From Nannocystis sp. (GTDB lineage: Bacteria; Myxococcota_A; Polyangia; Nannocystales; Nannocystaceae): DNA of 64,000 bases. This document shows positions 28,610 to 38,917 of the stretch, piece by piece. The stretch lies in assembly GCF_016717175.1 (NCBI RefSeq), contig NZ_JADKFZ010000004.1. One strand, 5' to 3'. A program made the position numbers and the translations under genes. The notes under the pieces are model-generated. The model made no database searches. It was not told the origin of the DNA and saw only the letters and a list, made by a program, of their open reading frames with translations. Position 1 is the stretch's first letter. Every line of letters begins with the position of its first letter.

Positions 28610-28715
28610 GACTCGCTTTGTCCGGACTTGCTTTGTCTGGACTCGCTTTGTCCGGACTTGCTTTGTCTGGACTCGCTTTGTCCGGACTCGATTTGTTCGC
28701 ACTCGCTTGGGGGGC
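28610..28715. repeat. 15-bp tandem repeat x7 (ggactcgctttgtcc / ggacttgctttgtct alternating, i.e. 30-bp unit) in a divergent intergenic region
   Basis: Direct inspection; GGAC...GTCC termini; no spacers so not CRISPR. Confidence 0.8.
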
Positions 28716-28806
28716 CGCCGCGAGCGATCGCGCGTGCGGCCGCGGTCCGTCGGCGCGCGATCATGGATCACGAGGCGGCCGTTCTTTGCCGGTACACTCG
28801 CGGCGC

Positions 28807-29439
28807 GTGGCACCTCGATGGCTCGGGTCGGTGGCGGTGATGGGGCTTGTCGTCGCCTGTCCTTCGGGACAGGCGACACGGCCGCCAGACACGACGGCCG
28901 CGCCGCCGAGCGAGCCCGTTGGCGCCGCCGCGCCGCCGGCGGTGGATCGCTGTCCGCCGGGGAGCACAGCGGAGGGCTGCCCGCCGCTCGACACCGACGG
29001 CGACGGGATCGTCGACGGCGACGACAAGTGCCCGGACAACCCCGAGACCCGGAACGGCTATGAGGACGCGGACGGCTGCCCGGACGAGATCCCGGTGGCG
29101 GTCACGCGGTACAAGGGGACGATCCCGAAGGTACGCTTCGAACGCGACTCGGCGGCGATCAGCGAGTCGCAGGCGCTGCTGGACGCGGCCGTGGCCGTGT
29201 TGCTGGACTACCCGGCCATGCAGGTCGAGATCTCCGGGCACACGGCCGCGGGGGAGCGGCCGGAGCTGTCGCTGCGCCGCGCCGAGGCGGTGCGCGACTA
29301 CCTGGTCGCGCACGGCGTCGCGGGCGAGCGCCTGCGGGTCCGCGGCGCCGCGGAGGAGGAGCCGATCGGTGACCTGGCGACCGCCGCTGGCAAGGCCAAG
29401 AACCGACGCGTCGAGTTCACGATCCTGGAGTCCGAATGA
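28807..29439 (+). CDS. OmpA-family lipoprotein with TSP3 repeats
   Basis: Probable GTG start 28807 giving WLGSVAVMGLVVAC lipoprotein signal; TDGDGIVDGDDKCPDNPE repeats; OmpA C-terminal domain NRRVEFTI. Confidence 0.7.
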   Translation: MAPRWLGSVAVMGLVVACPSGQATRPPDTTAAPPSEPVGAAAPPAVDRCPPGSTAEGCPPLDTDGDGIVDGDDKCPDNPETRNGYEDADGCPDEIPVAVTRYKGTIPKVRFERDSAAISESQALLDAAVAVLLDYPAMQVEISGHTAAGERPELSLRRAEAVRDYLVAHGVAGERLRVRGAAEEEPIGDLATAAGKAKNRRVEFTILESE

Positions 29440-29475
29440 GCGGATTGCGGATCGCAATGGAGGCGGCTGGCGATC

Positions 29476-31518
29476 GTGCGTGAATGTGCGGAGCTGGAGA
29501 TCGGGCTGTCGCGGCGCGACGCGGGGTCGTACGCGGTCGAGCTGCGCTTCACGCAGCCGGGCAGCGACGCCGATGTGCGGGTCGGCGAGGGCGAGGGGCT
29601 GGCCTGCGCGCTGGATCTGGCGGGCCTCAAGGAGCTGCTGGCGCAGCCGGAGGCGTACGGGCGGGCGCTCGGGGCGGGCCTGTTCGCGGCGCCGAAGGTG
29701 GCCGAGACGCTGGCCCGCGCCCAGGCGGCGGCCGCCAGTCAGGACCTGCCGCTGCGCGTGCGCCTGGCGATCGCGGTCGACGTGGCCGAGCTGCACGGGC
29801 TGCGCTGGGAGCTGCTGCGGACGCCGGACGGGACCCTGGTCAGCGCGGGCGAGCGGATCTTGTTCTCGCGTTACCTTGCGAGCGTCGACTGGCAGACGGT
29901 CAAGCTGCGGCCGCAGGCGTCGCTGCGGGCGCTGATCGTGATCGCTGCGCCGGCCGGGTTGGCGGCGTACGGGCTGGCGGAGCTCGACGTCGCGGCCGAG
30001 CTGGCGCGCGCGCAGGCGGTGCTGGCGGGGATCGAGACGGTGGCGCTGGCGGGGCCGGGTCAGGCGACCGCGACGGCGATCATCGACGCGCTGCGCAGCG
30101 GCTTCGACGTGCTGTACGTGGTGGCGCACGGGTCGTGGCAGCGTGGTGAGGCGTTCGTGTGGCTCGAGGACGCGGCCGGCGCGGTGGCCCGGATCGCCGG
30201 GGCCACGCTGATCGCCCGGGTCGCCGAGCTGCAGCAGCGGCCGCGGCTGTGCGTGCTGGCCTCGTGCGAGAGCGCGGGCGCGGGCGCGGGGGAGGACCCC
30301 GCGGTGCTGGCCGCGCTCGGGCCGGGGCTGGCGCGCGCCGGGGTGGCGGCGGTGGTGGCGATGCAGGGCCCGCTGAGCGTGGCGACGGCGGCGGTGTTGC
30401 TGCCGCGGCTGTTCGCGGAGTTGTTGCAGGACGGGCAGGTCGATCGGGCGCTGGCGGTCGCTCGCGCGGCGGTCCGTGAGCGGAGCGACTGGTGGATGCC
30501 GGTGCTGTTCATGCGCCTGCGCTCGGGACGGATCTGGTACACGCCGGGCTTCGGCGGCGAGGGCGGGCAGTTCGAGAAGTGGCCGGCGCTGCTCCGCAGC
30601 ATCGCCCAGGGGCGCTGTACGCCGGTGCTCGGGCCGGCCCTCGGCGACGCGCTGCACGGGTCGTCGCGCGAGCTGGCCCACCGCTGGGCCGACGAGTACG
30701 GCTACCCGATGGCGCCGGGCGGGCGCGAGGATCTGCCGCACGTGGCGCAATACCTGGCGGTCCACCAGGACGAGCGGTTTCCGATGGACAAGCTCGAGGG
30801 GTCGCTGCGCGACGCGGTGGTGTCACGATTCCCGCAGGTGCTCACGGGGGGCGCGGGCGAGGGCACGCTCGACGAGGTGCTGGCGCGGGTGGCCGACTGG
30901 CGGCTGGCGCAGGGGAGCTTCGATCCGTACCAGGTGCTCGCGCGGCTGCCGTGTCCGCTGTATGTGACGACGGCGAGCGACGGGCTGCTGGCGCATCACC
31001 TGCGTCTGGCGGGTCGTTCACCGCAGGTCGCGCTGTGCCCGTGGAACCCCGACGTGGTGGCCGACGCGGCCGTCGCCGAGGCGGCGAGCGTGGAGCGGCC
31101 CGCGATATATCACCTGTTCGGGCATATCTCGGCCCCGAACTCGCTGGTGATCACGGAGAACGATATCTTCGACTTCTTGATCAGCGTGAGCGCGGATCGC
31201 GAGGTGATCCCGCCGCGGGTGCGGGCGGCGCTGGTCGACTCGTCGCTGCTGATCCTCGGGTTTCCGATCGACGATTGGAAGTTTCGCGTGTTCTTTCGCA
31301 GCCTGATGAACCGGGCCGGCGGGGGCCGGCGCAAGCGCTACACGCACGTGGCGGCGCAGATCGATCCGGAGGAGGCGCAGACGATCGACCCGGCGCGCAC
31401 GCGGCGTTACCTCGAGGAGTACTTCGAGGGCTCGGACATCACGATCTATTGGGGCAGCGCGGAGGACTTCCTGCGCGAGCTCGCCGGGCGGCTGCCGGGG
31501 GGGAGGCCGGGCGCTTGA
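29476..31518 (+). CDS. CHAT (caspase-like) + SIR2-like (SIR2_2) fusion effector
   Basis: CHAT dyad YVVAHGSWQRGE / CVLASCESAGAG; SIR2_2 blocks VLGPALGDALHGSS, LYVTTASDGLL, IYHLFGHIS, LVITENDIFDF, LLILGFPIDDWKFRVFF; GTG start. Confidence 0.8.
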   Translation: MRECAELEIGLSRRDAGSYAVELRFTQPGSDADVRVGEGEGLACALDLAGLKELLAQPEAYGRALGAGLFAAPKVAETLARAQAAAASQDLPLRVRLAIAVDVAELHGLRWELLRTPDGTLVSAGERILFSRYLASVDWQTVKLRPQASLRALIVIAAPAGLAAYGLAELDVAAELARAQAVLAGIETVALAGPGQATATAIIDALRSGFDVLYVVAHGSWQRGEAFVWLEDAAGAVARIAGATLIARVAELQQRPRLCVLASCESAGAGAGEDPAVLAALGPGLARAGVAAVVAMQGPLSVATAAVLLPRLFAELLQDGQVDRALAVARAAVRERSDWWMPVLFMRLRSGRIWYTPGFGGEGGQFEKWPALLRSIAQGRCTPVLGPALGDALHGSSRELAHRWADEYGYPMAPGGREDLPHVAQYLAVHQDERFPMDKLEGSLRDAVVSRFPQVLTGGAGEGTLDEVLARVADWRLAQGSFDPYQVLARLPCPLYVTTASDGLLAHHLRLAGRSPQVALCPWNPDVVADAAVAEAASVERPAIYHLFGHISAPNSLVITENDIFDFLISVSADREVIPPRVRAALVDSSLLILGFPIDDWKFRVFFRSLMNRAGGGRRKRYTHVAAQIDPEEAQTIDPARTRRYLEEYFEGSDITIYWGSAEDFLRELAGRLPGGRPGA

Positions 31519-34500
31519 CCGCGACGTCGCCAGCAGGCTCGCCGGCAAACCCGTACGTCGGTCCGCGGGCGCTGCGGAGCGGGGAGGCGCTGTTCGGCCG
31601 CGACCGCGAGGTGGCGCGGCTGTTCGACCTGATGCTGGCGGAGCGCATCGTGCTGCTGTATTCGCCGTCGGGCGCGGGCAAGAGCTCGCTGCTGCAGGCG
31701 GGGCTGGTCCCGCGACTGCACGCCGAGGGCTTCACGGTCCGGCCGGTCGTGCGGGTCGGGATGGCGCCGCCGAGCGACGCGCCGGCGGGGGTCAATCGTT
31801 ATGTGCTGAGCACCTTGCTGAGCCTGGAGGAGGATGTCCCGAAGGACAGGCAGCTCGACCTCGCCGCGCTGGCGGGGTGCACGCTCGCGGCGTACCTCTC
31901 GCGGGGGTCCGAGGCGGACGCCGACGAGGTGCTGTTGATCGATCAATTCGAGGAGCTGCTGACGGTCGACCCGACGGCGGTGGCGGCGAAGCGGGTGTTC
32001 TTCGCCCAGCTCGGCGAGGCGCTGCGGGACACCCGGTTGTGGGTGGTGGTGGCGATGCGCGAGGACTTCATCGCCGGGCTCGACCCGTACCGGGCGGCGG
32101 TGCCGAAGAAGCTGCACACGACCTTTCGCCTCGAGCTGCTCGGGCGCGAGGCGGCGCTGCTGGCCGTGCGGGGGCCGGCTGCAGCGGCAGGGGTGACCTT
32201 CGAGCTCGCGGCGGCGGAGCGGCTGGTCGACGACCTGCGACAGGTGCGGGTGCCGATCGTCGACGGCGGCGTCGAGCTGCGACCGGGGCCGCACGTCGAG
32301 CCGGTGCAGCTGCAGGTGGTTTGTCGCGGGCTGTGGGCGGCGTTGCCGGCGGACGATCGCAGCATCGGGCTCGCCGACCTGGCCGAGCTCGGCGACGTCG
32401 ACCAGGCGCTGGCCCGCTACTACGACGCGCAGGTCCTGGCGGCCGCGCGCGCGAGCGGGGCGCCCGAGCGGGCCCTGCGGCTGTGGCTCGAGCGCGAGCT
32501 GGTGACGGTCCAGGGGCTGCGCACGCAGGTGCTGCGCACGCCGGGGGCGACGCAGGGGCTCGGCGACGCGGCCCTGACGGCGCTGATCGACTCGCTCGTG
32601 CTGCGCAGCGAGACGCGCCGCGGGATGATGTGGGTCGAGCTGGCGCACGACCGCATCGTCGCGCCGCTGCGGGCGAGCAACGCGGCGTGGATGGCGAAGA
32701 ACCTCGCGCCGACCTCGCGGCAGGCGGCGCTGTGGGACAGCCGCGGGCGCCCGGAGTCGCTGCTGCTGGCGACGGCGGCGGAGGCCGAGGCGCTGCTCGC
32801 GGCGGCGGGGGAGTGGACGGCGACCGAGCGGCTGTTCCTCGAGCAGAGCCGGATCGTCCGCCGGCGCGAGGCGGCGACGCGGCGTTATCAGCGGACGATC
32901 CGCGTGCTCGCGGCGGTGGTGGGGCTGCTGGTCGTGGCCGGGCTGTCGGTCGGGATCGTGCTGATCCGGCGGGCCGCGGCGGCGGCGCTGGAGGAGGCCG
33001 AGCAGGAGGCGAGGGCCAGCGCCGAGGCGGCCGCGCGCGCGCAGGCCGAGCAGCGCGCGGCGGAGCAGGCGTTGATCCGTCAGCTCATCGCCCAGGTCGC
33101 GCTGTACCGCGAGCAGCAGCCCGAGCTCGCGGCGCTGCTGGCCGTCGCGGCCTCGACGCGGCTCGCGGACCCGTGGCAGCGCAAGGCGGCGCTGCTCAAC
33201 GCCGCGGTGACGCAGCCGCAGCTGCGGTCGCGGCTGGCCTCAAGGCCAGGTGACGATGGGGCGGGCCCGGCGGCGTTCGTGCAGATCGCGGCGGCGGGCG
33301 GGCAGCTGTACGCGCTCGATCGCCGCGGGCAGGTGCTGCGCCTCGGGCTCGAGGATCGCGGGCAGGCCTCGCTGCTGCCGGCGGGGACGAGGGCCGGGGA
33401 CTTCGCGGCGGACCCGGTGCGCGAGCGCGTGGCGATCGTCGCGGGTCAGGCGATTGAACTGTGGGAGGTCGGGGCGACGACGCCGACGGCGAGCTTCGTG
33501 CTGCCCGCGGATCCGGCGGGGCTGGGCGACGCGCCGCGGCCGGACGCGCGGGTGTGGCTCGAGGGGCTCGGCTTCTCGGCGGACGGTCGCACGCTCGCGG
33601 TCGTGCGCCGTCGCAGCGACGGGCCGAGCCGCGGCTTCGTGATCGACGTCGAGGCGCGATCGATCCGGCCGCTCACGGGCAAGTTGCCGGTGTCGGCGCT
33701 GGCACTGGCGCCCGACGGCGCGCTGGCGGTCGCGGGGCTGCTCGCGGTGGACGGGTCGATCGTCGTGTTCTCGGGGCCGACGCTGGCGCGCGGTGTGCTG
33801 ACGCCGGGTCACGCGGATGTCGGGCGGGTGTACCTCGCCCGCTTCGATCCGCATCGGCCGCGGCTGCTGACCGCGGGCGAGGGCGGGGCGGCGACGCTGT
33901 GGACGGTCGAGGGCGGGACGCTGAGCGCACCGCGGCCGCTCCCGCTGGGCGGCGGCAACGTCCGGGACGCGCTGTTCCTCGCGGACGGCAAGCTGGTGAT
34001 CGCCACGGAGACGCGGATCTCGGTGTGGAGCGGCGAGCCAGAGACGCCGTGGGGGAGCCCGATCACGCCGCCGACGCGGGCGACGGCCACGCTCGCGGCG
34101 GTCGGCGCGGACGGGCTGCAAGTCGCGGTGGTGTCGCTGGCCGACGCGCCGATCCACGTGTTCGACCCGCGGCGGCTGGCGCCGTGGCAGCTGGCGGCGC
34201 CGCGGGTGCCGATGACCGAGGGCGGCGACGCGGCGTTTCAAGGCGTGGCCCCGCGGGTGGCGATCGACCGGGCGGGTGCGCGGGTCGCCGCGACGAGCTT
34301 CGACCGGCGCGAGGGCGGCCGGGTGACCGTGCTCGACGTGGCCAGCGGGAGCTCCGTCGTCACGGCGGCGGGGCAGGGCGAGCAGTTCATGGCCCTGGCC
34401 TTCGCCGACGCCGGCAAGCTGGTGGCGATCGATGCGGCCGGGGCGGTGACGGCGTGGACGGTCGCGGGCGGCGCGGCGCAGACGCTGTGGAAGCTGCCGC

Positions 34501-35298
34501 AGCGGCCGCTGCGGGTCGCGCTGGCGGTCGATCCAGCGGGCCTCGCGGTGGCGGCGGGCGTGGCGTTCGGGGCGACGAGCGTGACGCTGATGGCAGAGCA
34601 AGCGGTGGGGACGGAGCCCTCGCCGCGCACGAGCACGATCGCGGCCGGGGTGCCGATCACGGCGCTGGCCCTCGATCACGCGGCGGAGCGCCTCGCGGTG
34701 GCGACCTGCAGCGAGCGGATCGGCCTGGCGACGTGCGCACGCGGCGAGGTCCGGGTGTACGCGGTCGCCAGCGGGGCCGAGGTCGCGGGTCCGCTGGCGG
34801 TCGATGGCGTGCACGGGCTGGTGTTCGCGGCCGACGGTCGACGCCTCGCCGGGCTCGTGCCCGGCGCGCCGCCGGTGGTGTGGGAGCTCGCCGACGGCGA
34901 GCGCCTCGCGTTGACGGTGCGCCGCTCGCTCGGCGAGTTCATCGCGGCCGACTTCTCCGCGGACGGCGACGTGCTGCTCGCCAGCGCCGAGGCCGACAAC
35001 GCAGCGGTGGCGCTGACGCTGTGGGATCTGCGCTCCGGCGAGGGGCTGGCGCCGCCGCTGGTCGCCCACAACCCCGCGGTCGGCAGCTTCGATCCGGGGG
35101 CGCAGCGGTCCGTGCTGCTGGCGGCGCACAGCGGGCTGGTGGTCAGCAGCAGCTTCGACGGGGTGCTGCTGTGGGATATCGCCGACGCGACGCTGACGAG
35201 CCGCGCGTGCACGCTGGCGGGGCGCGAGCTGACGAGCGCGGAGTGGACGAGGTTCCTCGGCCGCGGCGAGCCGCAGCAGGCGCAATGCGGCGCGCCGC

Positions 35299-35577
<279 letters not shown>

Positions 35578-35762
35578 GCGGCAGGCGGGCACGGCTCCGC
35601 ACGGGCGCTCGGGCTCGGCACGCGCGCGCTGAAGCGCTACCATGCGCGCAGCGAGACCGCTTGCGACAGCCGCTTGACCTCGACACCGAACACCACCGAT
35701 CTCCCGATCTGCGGGCCGCTCTGGCGAGCCTGGCCGATCAGGGAGAGACCGAGCGCGGGGCC

Positions 35763-37433
35763 GTGTTCACGCGGCCTGAGGTGGTCGCCTGCCTCCTCGA
35801 TCTCGCGGGGTACACCGTCGACCAGCCGCTGCATACCTGGCGGATCCTCGAGCCGTCGTTCGGCGCGGGTGACTTCTTGCTCGCGGCGGTCGAGCGCCTG
35901 CTGACGTCGTTCGCGGCGTTCGGGGGCCTGCCGAGCGCGGCGCTCCAGCTGCGCGAGGCGGTGCGGGCGGTCGAGGTGCACCCGGCGTCGTTCGCCGCGA
36001 CGCGCGAGGCGCTCCACTGGCGCCTGGTCACGTGGGGCGCGAGCCGACGCGATGCGGGGGCGTTGTGTGACAGCTGGCTGCTGCGCGACGACTTCCTGCT
36101 GGCGCAGCTGACTGGGCGCTTTGATGTCGTGGTTGGCAACCCGCCCTACGTGCGACAGGAGCGGATCGCGGGGCCCTTGCTCGCGGAGTACCGTCGGCGC
36201 TACGCGACGATCTACGACCGGGCGGACCTGTATGTGCCGTTCTTCGAGCGCGGGCTGCAGCTGCTGCGGGACGGCGGGCGGCTCGCGTTCATCTGCGCCA
36301 ACCGCTGGCTCAAGAACAAGTACGGCGGGCCGCTACGCGGCATGATCGCCCGCGACTTCCACCTCTCGCACTACATCGATATGGCGGGCACCGATGCGTT
36401 CCAGTCGGAGGTCATCGCGTACCCGGCGATCACGGTGATCCGCCGCGGCGAGGGCAGCGTGACCCGGCTCGCGCGGAGGCCAGACGTCACGACGGAGCTG
36501 TGCGAGCTGACGCGCCTGCTGAGCGCACCCGGTCCCGTGCTCGACGAGCGGGTCGAGGAGGTGGAGCACGCGGTCCGCGGCAGCGAGCCGTGGCTGCTCG
36601 ACGCCGCCGATCAGCTGCGCGTGATCCGTCGGCTCGAGCGCGACTTCCCGGAGGTCGAGGAGGCCGACTGCAAGGTGGGGATCGGCGTGGCGACCGGCGC
36701 CGATCGGGTGTTCATCGGCGACCACGCGGCGCTGCCCGTGGAGGACTCGCGCAAGCTGCCGCTGCTGATGGCGCGTGACCTTCAGGACGGCGCGATCGTC
36801 TGGGGCGGCAAGGGCATCGTCAACCCGTTCGAGGCGGACGGCAGCCTGGCCTCGCTCGACCGCTATCCGGCCTTCGGCGCGTACATCCGCGAGCACGCGG
36901 ACGTGCTTTGCAAGCGCCACGTCGCCCGGAAGAGCCCGAGCTGGTACCGCACGATCGACCGCGTGTACGCCGAGCTCACCGGCACGCCGAAGCTGCTCAT
37001 CCCGGACATCAAGGGCGAGCCGATGGTCGTGTTCGACGAGGGCAAGTTCTACCCGCACCACAACCTGTACTACGTGACCTCGTCGACCTGGGACATGACG
37101 GCGCTGGCGACGGTGCTGCGCTCGTCGATCGCGGTGCTGTTTGTGTCGACGTACTGCGTGAAGATGTCGGGCGGCTTCCTGCGCTTCCAGGCCCAGTACC
37201 TCCGGCGGATCCGTGTCCCGCGCTGGCAGGACGTGACGAGGGCCCAGCGCGCCGCGCTGATCGCCGCGGCGCCGACCGACCGCGCGGCGATCGATCACGC
37301 CGCGTTCGCGGCCTACGGGCTCACGGCCGCGGAGGCCCGGACGGCGCAGCGGGCGGCGAGCGCGGCGCTGGTGCAGGGGCGGGCCTCGGTTGATCCCGCG
37401 CTGACGCCGGCGAGCACCCTGGCTATCTCTTGA
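35763..37433 (+). CDS. Gamma-class N6-adenine DNA methyltransferase (Eco57I/TaqI-like) with C-terminal TRD
   Basis: Motif [15 protein letters not shown], motif [11 protein letters not shown]-terminal TaqI_C-like region; probable GTG start 35763 (upstream Arg-rich stretch of ORF 35499 looks non-coding); no REase domain or adjacent REase gene. Confidence 0.7.
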   Translation: MFTRPEVVACLLDLAGYTVDQPLHTWRILEPSFGAGDFLLAAVERLLTSFAAFGGLPSAALQLREAVRAVEVHPASFAATREALHWRLVTWGASRRDAGALCDSWLLRDDFLLAQLTGRFDVVVGNPPYVRQERIAGPLLAEYRRRYATIYDRADLYVPFFERGLQLLRDGGRLAFICANRWLKNKYGGPLRGMIARDFHLSHYIDMAGTDAFQSEVIAYPAITVIRRGEGSVTRLARRPDVTTELCELTRLLSAPGPVLDERVEEVEHAVRGSEPWLLDAADQLRVIRRLERDFPEVEEADCKVGIGVATGADRVFIGDHAALPVEDSRKLPLLMARDLQDGAIVWGGKGIVNPFEADGSLASLDRYPAFGAYIREHADVLCKRHVARKSPSWYRTIDRVYAELTGTPKLLIPDIKGEPMVVFDEGKFYPHHNLYYVTSSTWDMTALATVLRSSIAVLFVSTYCVKMSGGFLRFQAQYLRRIRVPRWQDVTRAQRAALIAAAPTDRAAIDHAAFAAYGLTAAEARTAQRAASAALVQGRASVDPALTPASTLAIS

Positions 37434-37638
37434 GGCTCAGGGGAAATTGCGCAATCAAGGTGCCTGTGAGGGTCACGGTGCCCCCCTTGGTGCTCTCGAC
37501 AATTTCGTTCGACGCAAAAGTGCCCCCAATGCAACGTCACTTCGCGGCGCGCTCACAAGTCCGACCGCTGCGCGTCAGACCGAAGCTGCCGCGAGCACGA
37601 CCTTCCGGGAGGCGGGATTCGCGGGTGGCCCCGTGCGC

Positions 37639-38868
37639 ATGCGGACCCTCATTCTCAGCGATCTGCACCTCGGCTGTGGCCCATGCCCCGGGATCTTCGC
37701 GGGCTCACAGGCCCTCGGCGGGCTCCTCTCGGAGCTCGGGGCCGGCCCGCTGCGGGTCGTTCTCAACGGCGACACCTTCGACTACTGGGCGCAGGTCGAT
37801 CATCGCGACGGCGCGGCCAGGGTCACACAGGCGCTCCTGGAAGACCCGGTCAACGCCGAACTACTGACGCGCCTCGGCGAGGTGGTCCGGGCCGGAGGGG
37901 CGCTGGTCGTGCGTGGCGGGGAGCATGATCGTGACCTGGTCGCTGCGAGTGCGCGGGCGCGGGTGCTCGCCGCGCTCAAGCTCGTCGAGGCCCAATCGGC
38001 GCATGTCACCTGGCATCGGCTTCTGACGCCGAGCGTGCTCGACGTCGGCGCTGCGCGGCTGATCGTCGCCCGCGGCGGCCGCGGTCACGAGGCCGCACGC
38101 CGGCTCGCCGAACTGCTGCTCAATCCGCTGCGTCGTCAGTACGGGGTCGGGTTCGCGGACCTGCTGCGCCCGGACTACGTCGCCTCGGTCCTCGCGGCGC
38201 TCGCGGTCAACCCGACCGCGGCGAAGCTCGTGCTGCGGCAGCTCGCGGACGTCGGCTGGCACCGCCTGCGGAGCGACTGTGAGCGGGCGCTCCGCCTCAC
38301 GGAGACGCTCGCCGCCGCGGGGCTGTCCGCGCGTGAGCGGGAGGTCTTCGGCCTGGCCCTCGACCCGGAGGTCCCGCTCGGCGATGCGTTCGATAGCCAC
38401 GGAGCCCTCGAGCTGGCGCGCCTCAAGCTCTTTCGTCACAGCCTCGGGCGGCGCCCAGAGACGGATGCCGACGGCCTGCGTTCGATAGCCGGGGCGGAGT
38501 GGCACGCGCTCCGTGCCCTGGCGCGCCGACGACATGCGAGCGCCGCCGTGATCGGCCACAGCCACATCGCGGGGTGGCGCAGCGCGGACGGCCTGACCGT
38601 CGCGGACACGGGCACGTGGACCTGGCGCGTCGAGACCCCCGAGGCGAGCGCGAGCGTGGCCTCGTGGCGCGAGACCATGGCGTCCTGGCAGGACGTCGCC
38701 CGCGTCGGCCTGTCGCGCGCGCATGCCGTGGCCGCACGGGCGCGGTTCACCGCGGCGTGGATCGAGCCGCGACCCGCAGGGCAGGGGGCCCATATGGCGC
38801 TCGTCGAGTGGCGCCCCGGCCATGGGCTGGTCGTGCTGCGCGAGCAGGAGCTCGCCCGGGCGCACTAG
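37639..38868 (+). CDS. Calcineurin-like metallophosphoesterase (paralog 1)
   Basis: LILSDLHLG, VLNGDTFDYW, GGEHD, GHSH, DTGTWTW motifs; paralog of 41639-43009. Confidence 0.7.
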   Translation: MRTLILSDLHLGCGPCPGIFAGSQALGGLLSELGAGPLRVVLNGDTFDYWAQVDHRDGAARVTQALLEDPVNAELLTRLGEVVRAGGALVVRGGEHDRDLVAASARARVLAALKLVEAQSAHVTWHRLLTPSVLDVGAARLIVARGGRGHEAARRLAELLLNPLRRQYGVGFADLLRPDYVASVLAALAVNPTAAKLVLRQLADVGWHRLRSDCERALRLTETLAAAGLSAREREVFGLALDPEVPLGDAFDSHGALELARLKLFRHSLGRRPETDADGLRSIAGAEWHALRALARRRHASAAVIGHSHIAGWRSADGLTVADTGTWTWRVETPEASASVASWRETMASWQDVARVGLSRAHAVAARARFTAAWIEPRPAGQGAHMALVEWRPGHGLVVLREQELARAH

Positions 38869-38917
38869 CCTTCGTCATTGTTCACAACCTCGACCCGGCC
38901 GAGTCAGTCCCCGAGTC

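Noticed and set aside
28610-28715. Possible CRISPR array (short direct repeats)
   Set aside because: The 15-bp units are directly adjacent with no unique spacers. No cas genes or longer repeat-spacer periodicity appear anywhere in the window.
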